Assembly (NCBI RefSeq): GCF_000150275.1
Contig: NW_002060946.1
Span: 5,289,454 to 5,353,453 of the forward strand
Length of the DNA stretch: 64,000 bases
Direction of reading: 5' to 3'
Source of the DNA: Trichoplax adhaerens
Lineage: Eukaryota > Animalia > Placozoa
The translations under genes and the position numbers were made by a program. This document shows positions 1-12,900 of this stretch, in pieces. Each line of letters opens with the position of its first letter. The first letter of the stretch is position 1. Under the pieces are notes generated by a model. That model saw only the letters and a list, made by a program, of their open reading frames with translations, did not search any database and had not been told where the DNA came from.

Positions 1-710
1 GTCATTTTCACTTGATTCCGCAAACTTTATAAAATGCCAAATTTTCTTTTATCTTCACGAGACTTTTCACGTAATCATAGATACTGGATACTGTATTGGG
101 TGCTTAACTCATTATCTAAAATTAACAACCAGTACCATTAACTTTATTATGTATTCCTGGGTATTTTGGACATTATGAATATGATTAATATGATGCTGCA
201 TTACAGTATATCTATCTTTGCTAACAAATTAATGCAATATTGAAGGTCTTTATCAATGTGAAATACTGCCATATAAAATAAAATTTAATTTAGGCAACAG
301 TTTCTTTTCTAACTTGGTGAATGATTCATGATAAAATTAAAATTGATAATCATAATTTCGCTGTAAATTTGCTATATAACAATAATTTTATTTCCTATCC
401 TAAGCTGATTCAACCTCTTAAATTACTTCATGCCTGAACATTACGTACATTCTTTCAGTTGACACCGGCCCAATAAGCTGGGTTTCCAGAGCACAACATC
501 ATTAAGGCATAAGGAGTATAATTACTTATCATGAATTAAAATGCTACATCTATGAGTTTGGCACTGACTTATCTGTATTCTATTCGTATGTATATAAAAT
601 TTAGGTATAATGTTGTCATTTAAAAGACTGAATTATCATTCATTATGTTAGAAATAGTAAATATTTTAACATAGCGAACGAATACTGTCTATTAGTCAAG
701 TATTGGACTG

Positions 711-925
711 TCAAATGGATTTATTGCATCCACATCGAATAGGATAGCGGTAATCTGCAACTTCGGTGTATTGGTAGCCTCTTCTTGTCTTGCACAACAT
801 TTGAACTGTTGTTTTTTGGGTGGCTGCAGGTAGACAGCCAGTCTGACATTGAGGTACTTTTTTGATGCTTTTACAAAAGTAATCACTTCGTTTGTAGGTA
901 TAAATGCCTCGATGAACATTACATT
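711..925 (-). other. Terminal exon: vitellogenin-type C-terminal cystine-knot-like domain
   Basis: Same frame as ORF 711..1046: ECNVHRGIYTYKRSDYFCKSIKKVPQCQTGCLPAATQKTTVQMLCKTRRGYQYTEVADYRYPIRCGCNKSI*. Cys spacing (C..C..VPxCxxGC..K.V..C..PxxC) resembles invertebrate vitellogenin C-termini. Confidence 0.75.
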
Positions 926-3900
926 CTATAATAAGAATTAGCATATAAGAACATAATCGGCATATTGATGGGTGCACTTTGAGGACATAACTAACTTTTT
1001 GGTCACGTTTGAATACTGGTATATATATATACATATAGAATGACATATTATTGATCGTACTATGAAAGATCCCATATTCGATCTAGATTTGCAGCGTTAC
1101 GCGTAAAATAGGTAAAAGAATTAGAACTACGGCAATAAAATACACTATAAATGATAGTATGCTGTATGGGAGTGTGGAATAAACTATTGAAATGCTTGTA
1201 GCACAATGTTAGTACCTGTAAGATAATTTTTAAGATCTAAAGACTAATATTCGGTAAAGTTGCTGAATACCGAATATGCCGTAATATAGAATAAGAAATA
1301 CAAATAGGACATATTAGCTACTGCCATTAGCTAAAATGAGATTAAAGCATGTATCTTCTATGTCAACCAAACCAAAAATCAATTATAATCACGGAAGACA
1401 AAGTCATATTTACATAAGAATTGAATAAGCAGCTTCCGAAATCTCAAGCAATCCTAGAGAAATCGTAGCAAGTCTGCGCTATCAGACTTATATGATTGTC
1501 GTAATCAAAAAATTGAGTAACTTCTGTAGTAGTACAGTAATCATTAAGCTAGCTAGGGTTTATTCAAATGCATTATGCTGTATTTCAGGTAACGACGAAT
1601 AAGTAGATATGAGAATGCTTAGTATTTGACAAATCATAACCTTTTTTCATTACTATCCATCGTGCGAGTGGTAATGCTCGGGGAAATACTCTTACATTAC
1701 ACTACACCGGTTTAGCTTAAGTAAGATTTTCTAAAATTTAATTTGTTCATAAAATATGCTAATCTTACCACAATTCATGCAACTCATTTCTTCTACACGT
1801 GGCTGGCAGCTTGCAATATTGTTATTGCAACTGATTGTTTGGAATCGACTTCGCACACCGCGGGAACATGGTCTACTAGTGGAGCAATTTGTCCAATCTG
1901 TCCAATTTCGAGCGAAACAACCTGAATGAATAAAGAGAATAAAAATAAAAATTCCCTTAGAATAATCATAGTTTGTCTATCAAAATGATTGCGTAGATAT
2001 GATCTCTATTCTTAACGACTAGGTATATTTTCGTCATACATTAGATAGTTTTACGATCATTTAGCTTTAGATTAAAGTATTTAAATGGTGTACAGATTCA
2101 ACAGTGAATAATGCTCGATTACCTGGTTTTAATGGCGGTAATCGAAGTGATAATGGATCCATATGCATTGGCAGCGTTAACCTCATACGTTGTGCTCCTA
2201 CGGAACTATTTGGAAATGTTAGTGTTACATCCAATTGGTCTTGAGTAGAGGCATCCAATTTGATATTAGCTTCGAAAGTATGCAAAATTTGAGAAATAGG
2301 TTTGGATTGACTTGTTGTGCGCAGAAAGATATTGCAATAACGTTGAACTGGATGGCATTTGACTGAGAAATCTAAATTAACTCCGAGTTCATTGAGTGCA
2401 CGCATAGCTAATTTAGTCCTAGTTGGACCAAGTATAGGAGAAGAGCCAACCATTTTAGCGGAGTACGATAGAGGACATAATACTGGAATAAATAGGCAAT
2501 TATTCTCCTAAAATTACAACATGATGTGATATATAATCAATCATCCCTCACAACGTGAACAAATGAAATATACAATTGCATAAAATTTCACTAAAAATCA
2601 AATTTTAATTCTGCACAAAAATTCATTTAAACTGTCTTGAATTGCTATATTTAAATCACTCACTTCAGATGATGCCTTTCCATTAATGATACAAATGTAA
2701 GTAGTACCAAGTCTTCGTGAATCGGCCGATTGGGTATAGAATGAATCTAAATTGGTACTAAGTAGTATAATTGAAAATGTAATCAAAATTTTTAAAATGA
2801 CCTTTGATTAAGACCTGAAGAAAAATAATGCTGCTCATGAAATTCTAGTCATTTCTTATGTTAACCTTAAATCAAATGGAATATCTTGCGATTTCTTCGA
2901 CTTCGATTGCGGAAACCGAAATGATATATGCATTTTACCAAAATTATCTGGCTGAATAAGCGTTGAAACATCCATATGATTGGATAAATAGTTATTCATC
3001 TGAAAGCCAGTCTGGAATATTGTGGCATCGATGAAAACCTTGCTCTGGATATGAGTATCAATACTAGAGTATTCAATCAGGAGATCAATATTAAGCTATA
3101 GGTGAGTAAATCATTTTATTCTGATTTCAAAAACTGTTGTAATATTTAAGATATCCTATCAGGCGATAATTTTAATCTTAGAATCTTATCTACTCTTTAT
3201 AGTAATAGTAAATATCTAGATAGTAAATAGGAGTACATTTGCACTCATAGATTGAATTTTCGATCTTTTAAGAAAAACGTATTGCTTAATTGAAAGTTGT
3301 CACTAAAACTATTTAAATAAGTGCAATTTAATGGAATGATAACATTAGTCCTGTCACGTTCTGTGATAGTTACATAATTAGTATGTTACCTTCTTTCTAT
3401 ATATGGTTAAATATCACGATGTTATCACGTCAGGCGTATATAGATGTAGTTATGGTATTATATTAAGGTTATCTATATATGTATTCTCATGTTGCCATAC
3501 TCGGTATGATATTCTATTTGTAATGTCTAAACTAGGGAAACCTTTCTCTTAGTGATGAGCTTGTAATCTACGCCAGTAGATCAAAGGTCACAATAAAGAA
3601 AGTATATAAACTCATTATTTTAACAATAAAGTTAGTTCTTCAACTTAATTACTGGGTCTCCTTGCTGAGTGCAGATCTAGTACTTGTTACAAAATTTGGA
3701 AGTTGTAACAAGTCCATATATAGTGCCAGAGGTAAGAGATGATTGACTAAATTAATGGCATACGAGTATAAACTGTGTAGCTAGGAATAACATTTTGATT
3801 CTTTTTTGAATTCGTTTACCTAGTATACCTAGATGCCATTCTCAATGATATCTATTGCTTGGCTACCATTATACGGTAATTTACTCCATGTCTATGATCA

Positions 3901-6900
3901 TATGTAGCCTTACCTAGGTGTTGTTCTTAACGACATTTTTTGTTTGAGAACATTATAAGCTGTAGAGATTCTTAATGATGAAACTGTCATTCCATCCTGA
4001 TAAATCTTGAGTGGAAATCCTAAACCCGTCACTAATTGAACATGGCATGAAAATGACGTTGGTATTTGATCAATGTTTATATTGATCCCCTGATTTGATA
4101 GCAGTCCAGTCATTAGGCCTTTAATTTGATCTTGATTGAAATGCTGAAATTGAATCTCTCTGCCGTAGACAACGCTATAACTGGACAACTTCGGTTCAGC
4201 AACTTTGCTGCATAATTTGGCTTTACTTGTCTACAGAAAAATTAAAGATTATTCATGAAACATGTTATAATAACTGATAATTGCCTTGAAACTTAAAAGC
4301 TATTGCTAGATGATAGCTTATGTCAAGAGTATATCCGCCTTTTAACAAATCAATCATTGATATAACGTAAATAGAAGCCGTAATATATATTTCTATCGAT
4401 ATATTAAACCAACCTCATCCTGTCTACCGTATAATATTTCGTTATTTTGTTCGTGATTCACTAGGGGCAAATATCGATTTTGGTGGCGCTGTAGGATATC
4501 AATCAATATACTATCCAAGTTTTGGATACGAACACCAAACTAAAATTGAATGATTATAATTATTAAGGTTGCTTCCAGTTAGTCTTTATAAATACGATGA
4601 TATTGATTTAATATCAATATTACTCTAATCGAAAGATCCTATGCTATGATACATTGTGCTAATTTAATAACTTAGCCTCTAAATATTGACCATTTCTAAC
4701 CTCAAAGCCATTGATGCGACGACCAAATAACTCAAAATTGAAATTGGCTTTAATAACTCGAGGAATTTTGCTATCGCTTTCATAGATTAACTGAGAATTT
4801 AAGCTAAGTCCAACTTTCCATGCGGCTAAAGAATTATACATTATATCAGATAAATATTGGGAAAACTATAACCTTATTTCAAGTATTTAAATCAAGCTAC
4901 TTTATCCATTCTTTTAGAAATATAAATTCACTTTATAATATAACATTTTTTAAATCATTCTGTTGTACTTGAATAAATTGCATGATGAAATCCCTTTGAA
5001 CTTTGCTGGTTACTATTGAATTTTTTGGTAAAATTTAAAGCATACTTCGCCAAAGCAATCCTGCAATATAGATAATTTGTAAGTCAATACCATGAAAAAT
5101 ATGTCTTTACGTATTACTTTGTCAGCTATTGACGAAAAATCCAAGCGCATTACGGTATCGATCAATGATTTGGTTAATTAGCTACTTAGAATTAGAATTA
5201 GCTATCGCTCTACATACCAAATAATTTTACTTAATTAGCAGTAGTATTTAAACTTTAGTTATCACGGTCTTAAATTTAATACAAAGTCTACATTTTCGTT
5301 TAGTTAGTTTCATCAAATGATATGAACAGCATCATCTTGAATCATTACCCGATTTATTGGTCTATTAGATATTGATAGCATATCAAAGCAATGCTAATTA
5401 TCATAATATTGATAAGTAGTTTACTAAATTAGCAGTAGCGAATGTAAACTGTAACAATATAAACAAGTGCTTTAATTCTTCAGCTATAGAATGTATAAGC
5501 CATTACAATGTTAACTGATGCTCTACTTAATTGCATCTAATAAATACGTTAACCACCACGGTGTTAACAAACGACTTGGTAAATTAGCGGTAACAAATAA
5601 CTAAAATAGGGTATTTGCTGTATTCAACTTTGTTAACTATAGTGGAAATGACTAACTTCAGATAGATATATAAAATCTTTTATATATTTATTAAATACCT
5701 TCTGTGCGCTGATTGACTCTTCGACTTAGCCAAGCTTTGCAAATAAGAGTGAAGAAATGAACCAACGTAAGAATTACTTTCATTTCTTAGCGTTAATTCT
5801 ATCCTACGTAAATCACTTTCCAGACAGTTGGTTTCCATCACCATAACAAATGCAGCTATTCGGAGCTCGATTGCATTCGTTTTATCTTCATATAGATCAG
5901 CTAGGAAGGATATTAACTGCAAAGATGATTTGAAAGGGGATATCGAGATTATAAATTCGTTAATTGTTGATTTGTGTCACACTTAGGCAACGGATTTTGA
6001 CAATATTCGAATATCATGATATTTACTTCTCTAGGAATAGATTGAGCAGGTATTCTCCACAAAGCATAAATCGCCATAGTTCGAGTTTCAGTCGATGGAC
6101 ACCTTACCATGCACTTAACTAATGCTCGAATAGTTGCAGGAAGACCAGCATTCGCTATCGCTTTCAATCCTAACATGATCTCTTTTTCTTGGTTATTCTT
6201 TATTCCATCCTCCAGTGATTTTATAAGATGATGATAAGCTGATGGTGGTAATTCCTAATATCAAGTTCGATTACAATACATTCATATTTAGAACTCATAT
6301 ATCTACCGTCCTGAGAATAGGCGATATTTATAAACATTCTAAATTCCTATCTGAACAGGAAGGCTTATTGCAACTGAACAAGTATGGTACATCAACATTT
6401 TGGACAGTCACACACGGAAATATTGCACCCTGCAAAATGCCTTTCTATGGCTCATACTAAAAGCTAAAGAATAATCCATTTGCCATATAGATTCGTACTT
6501 ATCTTATAAATAACTATCAACAAAGAGAAAAATTCACGTCAATACTGGTTGTTGATGATAAACTAATTTGATGCTTAATTAACGCAACGTTATCGTGGTA
6601 GATATCAGATAATGATTCTTGTATTTACAACATGGACGGAAGTTACGGTTTGCGTTAGAAATACTACTACATTATAACGATGGCTAAATCATTTTAGCAT
6701 TACTTAAATACACTTTAGATATAGCATATCTAAAACTTGGTAATGATGATTTTGATACTTTAAAGGAAAAGCACTGCTATTATCACCATGAAAACGATTA
6801 GTACCATATCGCATCATGATCAAATCGTAATAACTCAAAAGTCGAAACGCGATCCGGTCACATTAAAATCTAAGAAGGAATTGCAAGGCTAATAGTATAC

Positions 6901-9900
6901 ATTAAATCTGCCCCTTATCCTATCAAGATGAGGAAATGGTACTACTAATCCTGTGTTCGTATTGTCTATAGTTGTAATATTAAAGGTGTTTCTTAATATC
7001 CAATGACTCTTTACTAACGAGTTGCAGTTAGGGTATTATTTTCATATATCGGGGCATCATCAGTTATTTATGGAGCGATAATTATACTGTTATGAAAATT
7101 ATATGTAATGGAAGGAGATCATTAAGGCCTGTTAGTAAATTTAAGCTTACATAATCCATGAGCTCGTCTTGGTTTTTGTATAAGGTGTGGATTATTGATC
7201 CTAGGGTCAAGGTACATTCAGTTCTCAGATAGGGTTTCTTCCTGCACAAAGTCTAGGATAATTAATGCAGTATAAGAATCAGCTACGATTACGATAAGAA
7301 ATCTTAATTAATATACTATTTTAAGGATAGTTTTAAGATAGAATAGCACACAAAGCTGTTATATGAAACCGATTTTTAAAAGGATCTAATGCACTAGTCC
7401 GATACCTACAGCTGCAGAAATATCACATTCACGGGATTATTGAATTAGTATATATTAAATCTAGTCTGTTACTAATATGGCTAAAGAACATAGTAGCATT
7501 AATGTTATAATGCACTGAAGGATTAACATAAGATAAATTCTCGAAGATTATTGTAAAGAAGAAGTTGAAAATGGATGATACTGACAATGTACATAGTTTA
7601 CAAAATATTTACATACGTCAGCAAGTTTTAAAGCAACAAAGTAAATAACGAAATTTGAGTTACAGGATTAGGAAGATGAGCAAATGAAAAATTATTGATA
7701 TTAGTAAGCTATAAAATATTTAAAAAGATTAATATTTCCTCGCTTAGGTATAAACAATTTATGTAAAGTTCAAGATATCTGAATTACTTGGAAAGTTTCT
7801 TTATAAAGTAGAAATTTTTTAAGCTACAACCTACAGTAATCGTCTTGATGGTCTTTGCGGTAGGCCTACTCATAAATGACAAAGCGGCTAACCATTGCTT
7901 CTGAACATTGTAGGGAACTGTATCACTCTCTGTCATTAAATGAAAGATTGCCGTGGCTGCATCGTCGGTGCCAATAATAGGGAGAGCTTTAAGTAGTAGA
8001 GATCTAGATTGAAAGCATGGCACAAGCCATTAGATATGCGGATAATAGTTGAATTTAAGAGCAATATAAATGCTAATTTAGCAAATCAACTTCCAACAGC
8101 ATTAGTTACCTCTTAAAAGAGTGTCTGCTATATCGTCTCTGGATGAGATATTGCAGGTTCTGATGGCCACTCAATTTTAATTCATCAATTAAATTAAAAA
8201 ATTCGCGTGATTCGGGTACATGCAATTGGCTAGATGCTAAATCCCTTTCAATGGTACTTAATAACCGATCAATCTGATAGATTAAAAGAATAACTCTAGT
8301 TTCATAAGGTAGTTTTGAACATAAATCATGATGGACAATTTTTGAAGTGAATATTGGCTTAATGAGTCATAAATTACTATTATTTTGCCTTGCCTTTAGA
8401 AACTGAAATTTGGTATTCCTTTCATGATGGCTAAATATTTTAGAATTGATCGCTAAACTTTGATGTCGATAACCTAGAATAGAATATTGGGTTGCATCTG
8501 CATTAATAAAATAATATTCCCATTATTAATACTATTACTTTGCGTTTGTAAGAGCATAATTTAATACAGATAATATAATTTGCCTGATTATACAGTTGTA
8601 ACGTAATTTTGTATTGGATTGTAGGCTAGTAGCCAAATTTAAGATGATGCGCGGTTAATAACTTTCTATATTTATCATAAGCCCTATTTAGCAACTTATA
8701 GCCATAGATTGCAATTGAAGATTCTATGTTAGAATACAGATAACTATGTACATTAGGGGTGTCGGGGGACTGTTGATGCTAGAGGCAACAATAGATATTT
8801 AACTTATGTATTAAGATATGATTAGTTCATCATATTTTGGCTAGTAGAAATAATATCTACGTAAATACTATGGCAGTTTCCATACTAGATTATAGATGAT
8901 CCACTTTAAAATGTGGTTACTACTATTATGCGAATTATACCTGCAAATGTTGCGAAGAATATTTAAAAGACAACTTCAGATTATTTATTAGCCCTGTCTA
9001 GAAATCTTTTTTGTAATTGTATCCGGCTAATCTGGAGTTGTGTACAGATGATCTTTATAAAGATCTATCAAAGTTCTAATTTTACACGAATTTTGGGAGT
9101 TCGTGATTGATTACATCACAACAGTAGGTATTCCGAATTTAATTAGAATAAATGAATGGGTATTACTGGTATTTATAATAATAATAGAATGCTTTAAAGC
9201 TTAACGTGAACAAAAAAGAATTAGAGTTAAAATTTCTTCGATTTACTAATAAACTGAATAAGAACGACTAGTTGCATTTGTAAGTGATCCAACTCTAGTC
9301 TATAGTTGCATTATTTTAATGCATTTAAGTAGTAGACGGCTACTCTATTATTATTTTTTAGCTAATAGGCCTATTAGAATATATTGAAAGAATTAGTGTA
9401 TATGGAATGACTAATGATCATCAAATTGCTTCCGTTCATGTACTCGTATGTCGATTAAATAGCACTAGCCAATTGCACGTTACTATTGCTGACGATACCC
9501 GCCTCCTTTGCTGTTTTTGTTTCTAATAGTTGGGTGGAGATCTACGACTAGCAGTGGCCAGTAATAGCTGCAAAAATAATCACAAATTTGTATCCAGCAG
9601 TTCGGCAATACCAAAAATACAAAGTACTAAGCTTTCTCCGTCATTATTGGACAAGCAAGTTCATGCAGATAGGCTCGCATACCACTAACAGTTAGGCAGT
9701 AAATTGGTATACATGAAATGGCTCAATTGCACGAACTACGCTGCGCTATAGTAGTTAAAAACTACGATGGACAGCTTTAGTTAAACTATCAATTTACTAT
9801 ATATTGTCATTTTAACCTGGTAATATAGAAATATTTATAAAGAGAATAAGAATAGAATTGTGATTTGGACCATCTATTCATCATTATTGTAAGACGTTCA

Positions 9901-12900
9901 TAACAGCTTTAAATTAAAGCCTATCACATTAACTTACCCTGAAGTTTATAAAGTTCCGATAAATCGTGTTTCAGGGCATAATTGACAAAATACTTGAATA
10001 CCCGTCTAAACAATAACAAATACATAGAAAGTAAATTGAAGTATTTACCAATCCTTTTTACGATCAACAACAAGTTAAGTATATTATCTGAAAAGACGTA
10101 AAATGCCTACGAGTACTGATTAGAATCCATGACTGAACTGGAATTAGAATATATAGAAATAAAATCAATCCGATAGAAAAATCTATTTACTGCTATTCTT
10201 CAACATAAGCTAAACTATGCAATAGATTGGTTATACCGATACATCGGCTTAGCTAATGTCGATTTATCCAACTTTCCAACTGTTATATATTGCATATTAT
10301 TTCAGTAGTGTCGATTTTTATCGCCAGAACTTTGATGCACAATTATTTTAAATTAATAGGAAAGCAATTAAGAAGAGCATTGAATTAAAATCGTCTTTGA
10401 TATCACGACGATTACAAAAATTAGTTCGATTGCTACAATACCGACGCTGTCAGTTACTGAAATAGCTAATAAAAATAATCATAAAAGGATAAACCAGATC
10501 GTATTTTAGATATTCTTTGGTACCACTATTATTTTTTACTAAATAGTAGCAAACAGCGTGAACTCTAGCTCTAAATTAGCACTATTATTTTCTCCTAGAG
10601 ATTCCTATCCAAGATTGTTTATTTTTACTGCACCTCGTTTCAACCACTACTGATCCTTTATCCTTGGAAAATGGTACAAAGGTAAATTTCTCTCTTCGGA
10701 TACTTCTTTTAATGATTCCATTTTCACCTTTATTATTGGTAATTTGGAAAGTGGCACTATCTGCTACTTGGAAGTGATCTTTACAATTCTAGTCAACATG
10801 TAGGAATTCATCATTTCGATAAGTATACAATGGCAAAATTAAGTATACATTATAAAAAGCTACGCAGCTATTTTTATTACCTCCCGACCGATGTCATCAA
10901 AAGTGCAAGATGATGATAAAATTCTTCCTTTGCAATTAGTAACATCGCGAAATTTTGTCACAGTAGTTAGGCCTGGCTTTTCGGTGTTAATGGTGTAATT
11001 AGTCAGACAGGTACCATCAATATCGGACTGAAAAATAAAACAGAAACATTCATAAATATCTTTATGAAAAGCAAGGCAAATTTTTCAATTACAGTATATA
11101 ATTAATGAAGACGGCGTCATGAATTATTTATAAACAAGAAATGAATAGGTAGTGATTGGCATAGCTCTTTGATTATACGTGCTATAAATACTAATAGTTT
11201 AGTTGTGTAATTAATTCTATCCTCCATTCGATTCTATTCCTGGCCAGCAATAAATAGAATAAAAAATTTCGTACTTGTATATTCGTCTTTAATGAGCATA
11301 ATTATGTATACAAATATGAAGTAGAATATCACCCAGATCATAAATTTTAGCTAAAAATTGTTTAAAATCAATAATTTTTATTTTATATCGCTGAAGAGTG
11401 ATCTATAGAGCCGGATGTTTTTGTCCATCCATGTCCATTAATTCTCTACAGGAATGAGATTTATAAGCAATGGATTTACGTAGAATTGGAAGCATTGACA
11501 GCATTAGTAAAGATTGCTCTATTTAGCTATGTATATTATACTTGAAAAAATTGAAGAGCAATGAACTTTACATGTCAAGGAAGAGTAATCTACCGCGAAG
11601 GTTATCGTTGCTTATTAAATTATAAACTACGCTAAAGACTATTCTGTCTAACTACTTACTGTATACATCATACCTATAAATGTCTAAAAGCTATGATTTT
11701 GCATACATTTAATGAAAAATTGGGACATGAAGGATACTTTTGACCAACGCTGTATGATCTTATTGGAGGTATAAACAATTTAGAAGCCCTAGTTTTATTT
11801 ATTATGATGAGTAACCTATGGGCAATAATGACTATATATATCACTAACGTGGATTATAACCTGTAGTAGGTCTATTCCTTTGATAAAGACATATAAAATT
11901 TATCCAGAAATATATCTTTCGACTAGTTATTAGCGAACCAAATGGATAAAATTGTCTCGAGAAGTCTGAACAGTATCTTAACTTCAGTATGATTAATTAA
12001 TTAATAAGAGCTCGAAAGCGATACTCTTGGATATTACAGAGGAGTAATTTGCAGCTAAGGTTATTCCATCTAATGGTGTATCTTATAGCTGAGAATATTT
12101 TGAAAGGAGTGATTTATGTGTCATAGAGGATTAAATGATCGTATAGAAAACTTTGCCCAGCAGCATACATTATAACTAACAATAACATTAACAAGTCGCG
12201 ATTCAGATATTATGGAATGAAATAATTGCATCAGAAGAAAGTCAAGTAGATTAGAGAATAGCTTAGTAGGTTTATTGTTATTCTATGTTACAATAGCTAA
12301 AGTATTAGGTTGTAAGCATTAACTTACACTAATATGAAGAAAAGTCAGGTAGATTAGAAAATAGCTTAGTAGGTTTATTGTTATGCTATGTTGTAATAGC
12401 TTAAGTATCAGGTTGTAAGCATTAACTTACATTAATATCAAGCAGCTCCGTCAAAATTTCTAACACTAAAATCTAATGTCCATAGGGCGAGAATACTCCC
12501 TGCCATGAACTTAGAGGGCAAGGACTTCTATAGGTCTCATGCAGCAAAAAATAAAATAGCTTTACTTTGGCCAATCATGGATCAGTTTTCTCCTTAGAGT
12601 TCAAGAAATGGTCGATTTAAATAGTAAGAGTAAAACACTTAAACTTTAAACACTACTAAGCCTTAGTATTATTAGAGCACCATAATGAGCAGTATAGTGT
12701 ACGTGATACATGGCTAGTAAAAGCTGGAGGGAATGATAGCAAATAATAGAAAAGTCTTGGAGAAATATTTATTCACTGGTAGGGGAAATCGAATATATAA
12801 TTTCAAATTGCAAAAATTTGAAAGATCTTAAGTTAGAATAATATTAAATTAATTCAGAAGCATCATTATTAAGCTTGAGCTCCATGAATGGCTATGACAT

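Noticed and set aside
692-919. ORF 692..919 as the LLTP C-terminus
   Set aside because: Splice phase and Cys pattern favour the overlapping frame ending at 711.
9420-9780. GC-richer intronic patch in the LLTP gene as an extra exon or snoRNA
   Set aside because: Flanking exons already join in frame, the frames I tested close, and there are no convincing C/D or H/ACA boxes.
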